Numbered from the stretch's first letter, positions 19,980-29,805 are shown. The stretch is 64,000 bases of DNA from Candidatus Bathyarchaeota archaeon (GCA_963733095.1 CAVTBV010000001.1:96001-160000), one strand, 5' to 3'. The notes: a model not told the origin generated them from the sequence alone. Numbers and translations are program-made.

Positions 19980-20148
19980 ACGTTCCAGATAGGGAAAATC
20001 AAACTCCCCTTTTATTTTTTTTAATTTAAAATTAGCAGTTCTAATTTTTTAAATTTAAAAAGAATTTTATTATAAATGATGACTGTTATTACTCCAGTTT
20101 TAAGTAAGTTACGATTAAACAGGTAAAAGTTTTAATTCAACCTCTGAA

Positions 20149-21396
20149 GTGGTTTTGGCTATGTGGCGGCTAGGGTTCTTCTTTCATGAGATTGCGTTTG
20201 GATTACTTAGCGTTTTCATACCGCTCTACCTAGTAGCTTTCAAAGACACAAGTATTCTTGGCGGCCCACTGGTTGCTTTGGGTGTCATGACGTCAATCGC
20301 TATTTTCTGCTCTATCCCAGCCTCTTTCCTTTGGGGTTACCTCTGCGATGTCACACGCCACTACAAAGTGTTCATTCTTCTCTCGTTCATTTCCTCAGCC
20401 ATAATTCTCTTCTTGATGGCACTTCCCTTTGCACAAAACATCATCATGTTCGTTGTTTTGTACGTGGTTATGCAGGTGCTCCACATCTCACACGAGGCTC
20501 CAAAAAACGTTCTAATTGCCGAACACTACAGCCGCAACGAATGGGAACGATCATACGGCTTCTACGAGGGACTCACCGAAATCGGTTTTATAATTGGTTT
20601 AGCAGTTGGATTAGTGCTGAGTATTGGGTTATTCGCGTTTACGGCTTCCCTAAGTTCAGCTGTTTTGGCAACTTATACGTTGTACGTGTGTAGCGCTTTG
20701 AGTTTAGTTGCGTTCATCCTTTCCGTGGCTTTAATTGCTGATCCGCTGATGATTTTTGAGCGGCGTTTGGTAGGCATGGAGAGAACACTTGATTTCACCT
20801 CTCGCGGCGTTGAAGCATACAGTTTGGGGTGGAAAGGTTCACTTAAAAAAGAAAGCTTCCCCGGATTCGCCTTTGCAATAGTGATATTCTCTTTGGCAAC
20901 AAGCCTCTTCTTTACGCCCTTACCCATTTACCTCAAGACGATTTTCAATGGACAAACAAGCATGGTTTATGTTGCATATATCCTGAATTCGATTGGAGCA
21001 ACAATAGGTTACTTCTTGATTCGTAATCGTGCAAGGTCGCTGGATTTAAGAAAACAAATGCCTCGCTTCGTGCTTCTTCGCGGACTCCTCATATTCCTGT
21101 TGGTTGGGGTTATACAATTTGCTTTTTCACCAACCATAATGACTGGAGTAATGCTCGTTTTCATAGGCTTCGCATATGCCATGTACTATATAATGATGAT
21201 TTCCTTATCAATGGAACTTATCCCTGAAGGGAAATCAGGCTTTTTTGATGGGCTCGTTGGTTTAGGTGCAGCGGTTGGATCTTTTCTAGGACCCTTTTTA
21301 GCTGAGAAATTAAATTATGAGCCTACTTTTTTGATTGCGGCAGTAGCTTTTCTTTGTGCTTATTTAATACTGAAAATCGTTGCGATTAAAAAATAG
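20149..21396 (+). CDS. MFS transporter
   Basis: About 12 hydrophobic helices, WGYLCD motif A variant, GSFLGPFLA. Confidence 0.85.
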   Translation: MVLAMWRLGFFFHEIAFGLLSVFIPLYLVAFKDTSILGGPLVALGVMTSIAIFCSIPASFLWGYLCDVTRHYKVFILLSFISSAIILFLMALPFAQNIIMFVVLYVVMQVLHISHEAPKNVLIAEHYSRNEWERSYGFYEGLTEIGFIIGLAVGLVLSIGLFAFTASLSSAVLATYTLYVCSALSLVAFILSVALIADPLMIFERRLVGMERTLDFTSRGVEAYSLGWKGSLKKESFPGFAFAIVIFSLATSLFFTPLPIYLKTIFNGQTSMVYVAYILNSIGATIGYFLIRNRARSLDLRKQMPRFVLLRGLLIFLLVGVIQFAFSPTIMTGVMLVFIGFAYAMYYIMMISLSMELIPEGKSGFFDGLVGLGAAVGSFLGPFLAEKLNYEPTFLIAAVAFLCAYLILKIVAIKK

Positions 21397-21440
21397 AATA
21401 AAAAGAAAAGAGGTTTAGCGAGTTCTCGCTCGGGTTTTGT

Positions 21441-22880
21441 TTATTCTGTGTGGACTCTATATAAGTCTACGTCTTCGCGCATGCTGGGTGTCAGTTCTAA
21501 GAAGTCTCGTACTGATCGTTCGATGTCTTTAGATTGTGTAACGTATCTGCCGACGATGAGTATATCTGCGCCTTGATCTAATGCTTCTTTTGCTGTTTCT
21601 GGGACGATTCCGCCCGCGACTGCAATCAGCAACTTTTTGCCTGGGAAGGCTTGGCGTATCATCTTTATTCGTTCTAGTCCGCAGCTTCTACCGCTTTCTT
21701 GGTCGATTCCCCTGTGTAGGATGACGATGTCTGGAAATTCTTTGATTGATTTCAATTTGCCAAGGACATCTTCAACGTTTAGCATGTCGATGACTGCGTA
21801 GATTCCTAGACGTTTGGCTTCCTGTACCGTTGCATCTAACGTCTCTGGTGGTGCTAGGCCGGCTGCAACAACTGCATCTGCGGTGTCTTCGTATGCTATG
21901 TCTACTTCAACTTTGCCAACGTCAAGGGTTTTTAGGTCGGCTATGATGAATTTGTCTTTGGCTATTTTGCGTAGTTCGTTGATGCCTCTTGTGCCGTAGC
22001 GTTTGATTAGTGGGGTGCCGACTTCAAGGATGATTCTGTCGCTTCCTGGCAGTGCCTCGATGACTTTCTTTGCTCCTTCAAGTGAGGGTGCATCAAGTGC
22101 AATTTGGAGGTATGGTGGTCTCCATAGGCGTGGAACTTTGAAGCCCATGATTGGGTGCTTTGAGCGGTCTTTCTCGTAGATTATCTTTTCCAGCGTTGGA
22201 TATTGCTTTAGTGCACGTTTTAGAGCCATTTTTGTTGCGCCATAGTTGTACTGGTATATCTTGCGAAAATCGGCTGCTTTCGGATGGATGAAAACGCTAC
22301 AGATGATAACCCATTCGTCTAGTTTGTTTGCTGGAATGATTCCTTCTTCGGCTGAGTCAGCGATGGCTTTTGCAACTGCGGCTTGTGCTGGACCGAAAAT
22401 TTTGCCTGTGTCCTCCATGTTTTTGATGGTCACTTTTGGCACGATTAGTGTGTGGGGTTTTGGAGGCAAGTTAGGTCTGATTACTGCAAGGACTGGTGTG
22501 TGGCCGGCTGATAGTTGTGTCATGCCGTTTGCGAATGCTTGTCCGATGGGTCCGTTTTTGTCGCCTATCATGAGGTCAATGTGTGCAACTTCGTTTCCTT
22601 CTCCAAGAAGCGATTCACCGATTAGGTAGGTGGGTCCTGAATCTTCCTCTACATCGTCAGCTATTGTCGGCATATGGTCAGCAATCTCTTTGAAATCGAC
22701 ATTGAACTCCTTTAACCAGGAATAAAGTGTGTCTCTGTGAATATCCATTTCTTTCGCGGTTCCGATGACTGTCGGTTTTGTCGGCTTTCCTTTAGAGCCA
22801 ACCTCTTTTTTTGCGGCTTCTGTTAGCATTTTTATAAATATTTCACGTGTTTCTGGCTTTTTGATGTCTGTTCCCGACAT
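21441..22880 (-). CDS. fae-hps: Bifunctional formaldehyde-activating enzyme / 3-hexulose-6-phosphate synthase with extra N-terminal HTH
   Basis: Fae: GEGNEVAHIDL, GHTPVLAVIRPNL, GPAQAAVAKA, YNYGAT; Hps: LQIALD, EVGTPLIK, DLKTLD, HRGIDQE, VAGGI. Confidence 0.92.
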   Translation of the reverse strand: MSGTDIKKPETREIFIKMLTEAAKKEVGSKGKPTKPTVIGTAKEMDIHRDTLYSWLKEFNVDFKEIADHMPTIADDVEEDSGPTYLIGESLLGEGNEVAHIDLMIGDKNGPIGQAFANGMTQLSAGHTPVLAVIRPNLPPKPHTLIVPKVTIKNMEDTGKIFGPAQAAVAKAIADSAEEGIIPANKLDEWVIICSVFIHPKAADFRKIYQYNYGATKMALKRALKQYPTLEKIIYEKDRSKHPIMGFKVPRLWRPPYLQIALDAPSLEGAKKVIEALPGSDRIILEVGTPLIKRYGTRGINELRKIAKDKFIIADLKTLDVGKVEVDIAYEDTADAVVAAGLAPPETLDATVQEAKRLGIYAVIDMLNVEDVLGKLKSIKEFPDIVILHRGIDQESGRSCGLERIKMIRQAFPGKKLLIAVAGGIVPETAKEALDQGADILIVGRYVTQSKDIERSVRDFLELTPSMREDVDLYRVHTE

Positions 22881-22937
22881 TGTATTTTCCTCGGTCGCTC
22901 TTTGAGGGGTATGTTATATATAAAAATGTCGGATACA
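22869..22937. promoter_or_regulatory. fae-hps promoter: TATA box flanked by inverted AATGTCGGNNACA sites
   Basis: + AATGTCGGATACA 22925-22937 and - AATGTCGGGAACA 22881-22869 around TTATATATAA. Confidence 0.5.
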
Positions 22938-23085
22938 CTGTAAAATATTTAGGCTGGCTAAGAATGTTTTAGCGGAGGTTGCTGTTACGTGTTTGTTTTT
23001 GTGTGGCGATGACTTTTGCCGCATTTTCTTTTTCTAAATCTTTATATCTCAACATTGGTATTGAAGCCCTATTTAACGAGGAAAA

Positions 23086-23271
23086 TTGATGTCTTGGACT
23101 GACTGGACATTACTATGCTCATTATTGGTTGGTTTTTTGTTGTTCCTAGTTGGCGCCAACATATACAATGCAATCGTCGGGTACAGTGGCATATACCTGT
23201 CCATTGGTTCAATCGCAGCCTACCTTATCATCTACATCTACAAAGAACTAACAAAGAAACAGCCCGCTTAA
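23086..23271 (+). CDS. Small two-TM membrane protein
   Basis: Two hydrophobic helices, basic tail, GAGG upstream. Confidence 0.65.
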   Translation: MMSWTDWTLLCSLLVGFLLFLVGANIYNAIVGYSGIYLSIGSIAAYLIIYIYKELTKKQPA

Positions 23272-24818
23272 AACCCGTAGAGGCAGCTATATTTTTCGTT
23301 TAGGTAACGCAAGTATGGTTCTGAATCGAGGGTTTTGCCAGTTGCTAGCCTGATAAGTTCTTGAGGGTCATAGAGGTCGCCTTTGCTATGGATGTTAGTT
23401 TTTAACCAACCGTTGACATCATCGAGTTTTCCTTCTGCAAGCGCTTTGCGCCAGTCGGGCAAGTCTTTGATAAGGGCGGCAGTTATTTGTCCACTGTAGA
23501 TGTTACCCAACGCGTAGCTTGGGAAGTAACCGTAAAGTCCGCTTGCCCAATGTGTATCCTGCATAACACCCTCCGAATCATTCTCTGCTTTCACGCCAAG
23601 ATAATCCGAGTATTTCTGGTTCCAAGCCTCCGGCAACTCGTCGACTGCGATTTTGTCAGCGAAGAGGTCTCTTTCAAGCTCAAAGCGAATGATGATATGG
23701 AGGCTGTAAGTTACTTCGTCCGCTTCGATTCTTATTTTTGACCTTTCAACTTTGTTTATGGCTTGGACGAAGGGATCTAACTGGAGGCTATCTAAACTTG
23801 GGGCTGCATGTTTGATTTTGGGCAGAAAACCTGTCCAGAACTCTTTTGAGCGTCCCACGATGTTTTCGTAGAACCGCGACTGAGATTCGTGAATGCCGTA
23901 TGAGCAAGTTGAGCCTACGGGTTGATAGTACCAGTCTGGATCGAGGTTTTGCTCATATATCGCGTGCCCGCTTTCATGGAGTACTGAGAAGATTGAGCTG
24001 GCAAAATTGTCTGGGTAATAATGTGTTGTTATGCGCACGTCATCGTAGTAGCCCGTGGTGAATGGGTGTTCTGTCTCGTCAACTCTTCCCCCCGCATGCG
24101 GGGAAACCGTGTCGTAACCGAGGGTTTCCGTTATTAGTTGCGTGATTTTGCGTTGGTTCTCCACTGGCACTACTTGTTTGAGGATTTGCATGGGTGATTT
24201 AACTTGGCTGTCTTCAATTTTTGCGATTAGCGGCTTTAGACCTGCGAGTAACTGGTTGAATGTGGCTGTTATGGCATATGAAGGCATTTTTGGCTCAAAG
24301 CTATCAAGCAACGCATCGTAGGGAGTCTTGGTTTCTTTGACTTTCATTAGGATTTCGGCCGCTTGTTTGCTGAGATCCAAGAGTTTTTGCAAGTCACCTT
24401 TGAATATGGTATAGTCTTTTTTTGCCTTGGCTTTTTTCCAGGTGTTGACTGTTATAGCTTCTTGCCTAGCAAGGTCGGAGACGAGTTTTTCAGGAAGAGC
24501 ATTTTGTTCTTGGTAGGTTTTGTTGATTAGGTATACGTTACGTTTTGCTACTTGCTCCAGCGCTTGGTATTCTGCGCTTGTTTGGATGCTGGTTAAGAGT
24601 TTTCCTATTTCAGGATCTGTTCCCAGTTTATGGTGGATCCGGGTTAAGAGTGCCAGTTGTTGACTGCGCTGCTCTACAGCTTTTGGCGGCATGTAGATCT
24701 CCATGTCCCAGTGAATGATGCCTTCAGCGGTGGAGAGCACGACCAAGTCTTTGGTTTTAGATAAAAGTTCTTTATAAGCAGAATCCAGGTTTATTGTCAA
24801 AGATGCTTCTTCCTTCAT
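23268..24818 (-). CDS. Carboxypeptidase, M32 (Taq) family
   Basis: HPF, DVRITT, HESGH, HESQSRF, IRIEADE, QDTHW, GYFPSY. Confidence 0.95.
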   Translation of the reverse strand: MKEEASLTINLDSAYKELLSKTKDLVVLSTAEGIIHWDMEIYMPPKAVEQRSQQLALLTRIHHKLGTDPEIGKLLTSIQTSAEYQALEQVAKRNVYLINKTYQEQNALPEKLVSDLARQEAITVNTWKKAKAKKDYTIFKGDLQKLLDLSKQAAEILMKVKETKTPYDALLDSFEPKMPSYAITATFNQLLAGLKPLIAKIEDSQVKSPMQILKQVVPVENQRKITQLITETLGYDTVSPHAGGRVDETEHPFTTGYYDDVRITTHYYPDNFASSIFSVLHESGHAIYEQNLDPDWYYQPVGSTCSYGIHESQSRFYENIVGRSKEFWTGFLPKIKHAAPSLDSLQLDPFVQAINKVERSKIRIEADEVTYSLHIIIRFELERDLFADKIAVDELPEAWNQKYSDYLGVKAENDSEGVMQDTHWASGLYGYFPSYALGNIYSGQITAALIKDLPDWRKALAEGKLDDVNGWLKTNIHSKGDLYDPQELIRLATGKTLDSEPYLRYLNEKYSCLYGF

Positions 24819-24967
24819 GTTTCAATGTTAGCGTCCTTTTTTACTGTTAGGTTAAAGGTTTCTTCATGTGAGGAATCCCTGTTGATATTAAGTGAGTAAG
24901 CGGTAGTCTGATTGCAAAAGTTTTTATCTGCCGATCATACAGAGATGAGGTTTTGAGGTAACAAAAA

Positions 24968-25618
24968 ATGAGTAGCTTAGAATCTAGCAAGAACTTAGCA
25001 GGCATTGGCGCAATATTGCTCTTGTTCCCCTTCGTCAGCATTATCGGCATAATACTTGTTTTCGTAGGCATGAAAGGCTTAGCAGAATACTATAGAGATG
25101 ACAGCATCTACCGTGATGCTCTTAGAGGGCTTGTCTTTCTAATCATTGCAGTAGTCGCCATCGCAATCGCAGTACCCCTATTCGTAATCGGCGGCATGTT
25201 CAGCGCCTTTACCATAGGAGCCTTTGGGATTGGATTAGGATTAATATCTTTGATTTTGCTAGCAGTGATTGTTTTTGTTTTCTACGTGCTAGCCGCTATG
25301 AACCTAAGAAAAGCCTTCAATACTCTCGCACAGAAGTCAGGCGAACATATGTTTGAAGCAGCCGGGGCCGTCCTATTCGTAGGCGCCATACTCACGATAT
25401 TCTTCTTCATCGGCTTGCTGCTGATATTTGTTGCATGGATAATCGCAACAATCGCATTCTTCTCCATCAAAGTTCCCCCACAACCCTGCGCTTATGCACC
25501 ACCCCCAACAGCAGCCCCTTCTATGCAACCAACCCGTTTCTGTCCTAACTGCGGCGCACCCATCGAAGCAAACGCAACTTTCTGTCCCCACTGCGGAAGA
25601 CAACTTCCTCCACCCTAA
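24968..25618 (+). CDS. DUF996-like membrane protein with C-terminal double zinc ribbon
   Basis: LAGIGAIL, multiple TMs, Pro-rich linker, FCPNCG..FCPHCG. Confidence 0.75.
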   Translation: MSSLESSKNLAGIGAILLLFPFVSIIGIILVFVGMKGLAEYYRDDSIYRDALRGLVFLIIAVVAIAIAVPLFVIGGMFSAFTIGAFGIGLGLISLILLAVIVFVFYVLAAMNLRKAFNTLAQKSGEHMFEAAGAVLFVGAILTIFFFIGLLLIFVAWIIATIAFFSIKVPPQPCAYAPPPTAAPSMQPTRFCPNCGAPIEANATFCPHCGRQLPPP

Positions 25619-25787
25619 ACTTCTTTATTTTTATCTTGTTTTTGTCGGTCAAGCATGGCGGAAAGGTTACATTCCAAAAGGTTGGAACTTGCCTGAATGC
25701 TTCCTCAGACGGTACCATTCTATAACGGAGCAACTAAACTGAGTTATCTTAAAGCCAGAAAGCGTTGTCTGAAAATGATGTATAAGT

Positions 25788-25865
25788 TGGTGCTCCGGCC
25801 GGGATTTGGACCCGGGTCGCCGACTCGAAAGGCCAGTATACTTGACCGGACTATACTACCGGAGC
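25788..25865 (-). tRNA. tRNA-Glu(TTC), CCA encoded
   Basis: GCTCCGGTAGTATAGTCCGGTCAAGTATA-CTGGC-CT-TTC-GA-GTCGG-CGAC-CCGGG-TCCAAAT-CCCGG-CCGGAGC-ACCA. Confidence 0.93.
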
Positions 25866-25934
25866 GCTTTATGATAAAGCATCAAGCAGAATGCATTTTC
25901 CCTCGAATAAACCTTACCCTTCCAGAACCACAGT

Positions 25935-26453
25935 TTAGCTAACTGGCTTTCTTGCTTTAGATTTTTTTGGTGTAAACAAAAATGCAGTGATTTGTTCGAT
26001 AAGCTTGGTTTGGTTTGCGGCGGTTTTTTCTAGGTCTTGGATTCTTTTTTCAAGGTCGTTTGAGATGATTTTGCCTTCAATGCGGTTGGCGGAGCGGAAC
26101 ATGAGGAGCATCTTGAACACTTCATCAATCGCTCTCAGTTTTTCCTCGTTTGAAGCTGGCTTTGTTCCGGCGATAACTGATAGAAGGTCAACGTAGTGTT
26201 CTTTGATTTTTAGTTCGGCGTTGACTGAGGGGTCAGTTGGGAACGCTATGCTGAGCGGGGTTTTCTTCGCCAGTTCGGCGGCAGTTGGGAAACGGATGAT
26301 TATGTCGCCTCTTATCCATGAAGAAACAAATTCTGTAACGAAGCGGCGAATATCCTTTTCCGAATAGAGCAAAGTTGACGTTGGCTTTGGCTCAGGTTTT
26401 CTCTTGATTCGTACGCTGATAATTTTCTTGTCTTCTGCATTATCTTTCGACAT
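25935..26453 (-). CDS. Hypothetical protein with C-terminal coiled coil
   Basis: 172-aa ORF, GAAGG upstream, DLEKRIQDLEK heptads. Confidence 0.65.
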   Translation of the reverse strand: MSKDNAEDKKIISVRIKRKPEPKPTSTLLYSEKDIRRFVTEFVSSWIRGDIIIRFPTAAELAKKTPLSIAFPTDPSVNAELKIKEHYVDLLSVIAGTKPASNEEKLRAIDEVFKMLLMFRSANRIEGKIISNDLEKRIQDLEKTAANQTKLIEQITAFLFTPKKSKARKPVS

Positions 26454-26535
26454 TTAATTTCCTTCTATGCGCCTCTAAGCGTTCTTCGCGTTATTTTCTT
26501 AAGTACACCTAGTATTTAAGAAAAACATCTTTCTT

Positions 26536-27816
26536 TTAAAAAGAAATCTTTGCTGCCGAAGGAATCTTTCCCAGAATCTTCGCAGTTGCCTTCTCCACCT
26601 TCGCCCGGTCAGCCTCATCTGTGTAGACCCGAAGAATGTTCATGAAGCCCTTGAGGGTTTCAAAAATCTTGGAGCTCTCACTTAACCTCTGGAGCTTCTT
26701 TTCTCCCCCTGGACTTCTTGTAAAGACCGGAATCTCGGTTGATTCCATGAGCACCGCATGGTGATAGGGGACTGATGGGACCGTTGGCACATCGATTATA
26801 ACAGAGCCTAATTCAACTCCTGCCTCATTCGCAATTTCACTCTGTACTTGTTGTCGATAGGTCTCGCGACCGAACAGGTTAGAAATCATAGCGTCCTTTT
26901 CATAGAATGTCCGTTCGTAAGCGCATTTGAGCATGCGCCGATTTTCCAAGTTGCTGATGATTTCGTTGGATGCTTTGCATTTCCTGAGAGCAGCCCAAAC
27001 GGTGTAATCGTCCAACGCCATGTATTCTTCAGGGGTTTTAAACGCTGTTAAACCCAGTTCTTGGTTGGCTTTGTCCATGGCGGTAGCCAGCATAATCTGC
27101 GCGGCTCGTCCGACACGGTGGAAATAGATGCTCTTGAAAGACTCTATACGGGCAATAACAAACGCCTCCAAAGCTGACAACGCGCCTAATTCGACGGCTA
27201 AGTTTTCGCCGAAAACGTCGAGTGCATGTATTAAGCGGTAAACGTCTATGAAGCCGTATTCTGCACCTGTGTGGTAAGTGTCTCGCACAATGAAGTCTTG
27301 CTTGTCTACGTCGACGGCGCTACTAATTATCTGATTGAGAAACGCCCTGTCCTTTTTGTGTAGCTTTCCCACAGCTAATCCTGCGACCTCTTTTGGGTTG
27401 AAGCCCAGTTTGGATAATTTGTCGCTGAGTTCGCTTTCCTCTATAATCCATGAGGTAATGTCTTCATGGGTTTTCTCAAGGTCCTTGATTAGCAGGTGCT
27501 CAAAGACATGCGAGAAAGGTCCATGTCCGCAGTCATGGAGTAGTGCTGAAATGCGGCACATGTCCACCTCTTCGTCGTTGACGACACGTGAAATATTGGG
27601 GTTTTCCAAAACGTGGCCCGCGAGGTACATAACTCCTAGGCTGTGTTCGAAACGTGTGTGGTTAGCGCCTGGATAAACATATTCGGAGCCCGCCAGCTGC
27701 CTTAGTCTGCGTAGTCGCTGCATTGGGTAGGTGTCGATAACGTTCTTTTCAGCTTCAGTAATGTACACATATCCGTGTACTGGATCTTTGATTTCTCCCC
27801 AGTAAGCTTTAGGCAC
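26536..27816 (-). CDS. HD-domain phosphohydrolase (SAMHD1/dNTPase-like)
   Basis: IKDPVHG, QRLRRLRQL, HTRFEHSLG, LLHDCGHGPFSH, DVDKQD, IYFH. Confidence 0.92.
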   Translation of the reverse strand: MPKAYWGEIKDPVHGYVYITEAEKNVIDTYPMQRLRRLRQLAGSEYVYPGANHTRFEHSLGVMYLAGHVLENPNISRVVNDEEVDMCRISALLHDCGHGPFSHVFEHLLIKDLEKTHEDITSWIIEESELSDKLSKLGFNPKEVAGLAVGKLHKKDRAFLNQIISSAVDVDKQDFIVRDTYHTGAEYGFIDVYRLIHALDVFGENLAVELGALSALEAFVIARIESFKSIYFHRVGRAAQIMLATAMDKANQELGLTAFKTPEEYMALDDYTVWAALRKCKASNEIISNLENRRMLKCAYERTFYEKDAMISNLFGRETYRQQVQSEIANEAGVELGSVIIDVPTVPSVPYHHAVLMESTEIPVFTRSPGGEKKLQRLSESSKIFETLKGFMNILRVYTDEADRAKVEKATAKILGKIPSAAKISF

Positions 27817-27885
27817 AAGCGCAACCTCACAGTTGTAAGCTATATTTAGGTAACTTCCATTAATGTGTAACGCATACCAGCCGAG

Positions 27886-28506
27886 GTGACAAACATGGGC
27901 AAAAAAGGCATCTTCATCATTATAGAAGGCTTAGACGGAAGCGGCAAAACCACCCAGGCAACTTTGCTCGCACAAAAACTCTCTAAAAGCTTCAATGTTG
28001 TGTTGACCGCTGAGCCTAGCCGAGGCAAAATCGGCACTTTCATCCGCGAAGGCTGCCTATACGAAGACAAACGTTTGCCCACGGAAGCCGAAGCCCTGCT
28101 TTTCGCCGCCGACCGCATCGAACATATGTACAGCGAGGTAAAGCCGGCTTTAGATGAGGGCAAACTGGTAATATGTGACCGCTACATCTACTCGTCCTTA
28201 GCCTATCAGGGAAGCGCAGGCCTGAGTTTAGAGTGGATAAAAACCATCAATGCTCGCGCATTTCAGCCGGATTTCAGCATTTTCATCGATGTTGCGCCTG
28301 AGCGGGTGATTGAGCGTTTGCAGAGAAAGAAGTCTGTTATGGAGACTTTGGAGACGCAGCAGAAGGTTAGGCAGGTTTACATCAAGTATGTGGAGAAGGG
28401 TGAACTCGTCAGAATTAACGGTGACAGAGCCAAGGAAATTGTGGCTGACGATCTACATGTCAAGGTTTTGGGTTTGCTTAAGAAATGTCAGGATTTTGCT
28501 GTTTAA
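27886..28506 (+). CDS. tmk: Thymidylate kinase
   Basis: EGLDGSGKTT, LLFAADR, DRYIYSSLAYQG. Confidence 0.95.
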   Translation: MTNMGKKGIFIIIEGLDGSGKTTQATLLAQKLSKSFNVVLTAEPSRGKIGTFIREGCLYEDKRLPTEAEALLFAADRIEHMYSEVKPALDEGKLVICDRYIYSSLAYQGSAGLSLEWIKTINARAFQPDFSIFIDVAPERVIERLQRKKSVMETLETQQKVRQVYIKYVEKGELVRINGDRAKEIVADDLHVKVLGLLKKCQDFAV

Positions 28507-28514
28507 CTGCTAGT

Positions 28515-28630
28515 TTTTAACATGCTAATGGCTTCGGAAGCCGCCAATACTGACCTCCCCCTTAGAGAAAACGGTGGCACCTCCCCCCTCTATCGTTTCT
28601 GCAATGTACCACTATTAGGATCCTAATATG
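28515..28630 (+). repeat. Dispersed intergenic repeat, copy B, with perfect 16-bp palindrome at 28613-28628
   Basis: CCCCCCTCTATCGTTTCTGCAATG..TATTAGGATCCTAATA; similar to 10577-10736. Confidence 0.65.
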
Positions 28631-28672
28631 AATAAAAAAATTAGATTAAAAAATAAAGAAAGCGTTGAGTGG

Positions 28673-29803
28673 TTAGTCTTCTCTCCACTTGAACAGTTTC
28701 ACTGCCAAGACGAAGATAACCAATGTTATAATCCCCAGGACGGCAATGTCGACTATTATACCGCCTATGTTTCCGTAGACCATGGCGTTGTTTAAGCCTT
28801 CTGTAACGTAGAATAGCGGCAGGACATGAGCAAATGTCTGGAGGTATTGTGGCATGCTGCTTATGGGGAAGAAGGTGCCTGCGAGGAACATCATGGGGAA
28901 CGTTACGATGTTGCCTATGACTCCTGCGGTCTCAGGGTTCTTTGTTACTGTGCCAACCAGCATACCGAGCGATGCAAACAGCATTGGACCTAAGACTAGG
29001 AAGGGTATTAGCCAAGGCGTTATCGCCACGTGTGCGCCAAAAGCGAAGACTCCAACTCCAACCATCAGTAGAAAGCCAGCGATGGTTAAGACAATGTACC
29101 AAATCATCTTAGAGATTAGCCACTCCATCTTTGTCAGCGGTGTAAGTGAGAGTTGTTTGAACAGCTTTGTTTTCTTGTACTCGGAGGAAATGTTGACTAG
29201 TGAGAACATTGGGCTGGTAAGTATTGAGAAGCCGATTAAGCCTGGAATCAAGAAGTCAATGTACTTTGTTTGTTGAGTATTCACGGTCGCAGAGGTTATA
29301 CCTATGATTGCTGGAGTGGTGTCATTGTATTTTGTTTGGAAGTAGTTTAGATTAAAGTAGTTAGCGTACCCACCCACTGTTCCACCAACGATGCCGCTGG
29401 TGCTTGAGGTTGGATTACCGTAGACTGTCAAGTTTAATTGATGACCTGTAATATAGTTTACAGTGAAATTAGAGGGAATTATAATTCCATCTGAAGCTGA
29501 ATGATCTGCCAAGTACTTTGTGAAGTTCTTTGAAGGATCCACCGTTATTACTGTGATTGTGCTGGATTGGTTGAGTGCTATAAGGAAGCCTGTGCCGAGG
29601 TCTTGCCCAGTTGGGAATGGTCCGGTGTCTAGGTTTTGAGCGTAGACATTTACTTTTCCTGCGCTTCCTCCTGCAAAGATTGCGCCGAAAATCAAAATCA
29701 AGATTACTGGAAAGACTAATCCGAAGAATAATCCGAACTTGTTTCTGAGGTATCCGCGGCTGAAGACTTTGAAGTCGGAGTATATGCGTTTTCCACTGAT
29801 CAA
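28673..29803 (-). CDS. ABC-2 type exporter permease
   Basis: N-terminal TM, large extracellular loop, YIDFLIPG, FPMMFLAGTFFP. Confidence 0.9.
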   Translation of the reverse strand: MISGKRIYSDFKVFSRGYLRNKFGLFFGLVFPVILILIFGAIFAGGSAGKVNVYAQNLDTGPFPTGQDLGTGFLIALNQSSTITVITVDPSKNFTKYLADHSASDGIIIPSNFTVNYITGHQLNLTVYGNPTSSTSGIVGGTVGGYANYFNLNYFQTKYNDTTPAIIGITSATVNTQQTKYIDFLIPGLIGFSILTSPMFSLVNISSEYKKTKLFKQLSLTPLTKMEWLISKMIWYIVLTIAGFLLMVGVGVFAFGAHVAITPWLIPFLVLGPMLFASLGMLVGTVTKNPETAGVIGNIVTFPMMFLAGTFFPISSMPQYLQTFAHVLPLFYVTEGLNNAMVYGNIGGIIVDIAVLGIITLVIFVLAVKLFKWRED

Positions 29804-29805
29804 AC

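Noticed and set aside
24866-24911. C/D-box sRNA-like string (ATGTGA..TTGA..GTGAGT..CTGA)
   Set aside because: Boxes are degenerate, I could not identify an rRNA/tRNA target by eye, and it lies in a divergent promoter region
25660-25715. Hammerhead-like CTGAGGA on the minus strand
   Set aside because: No GAAA follows the candidate stem II, so the catalytic core is incomplete
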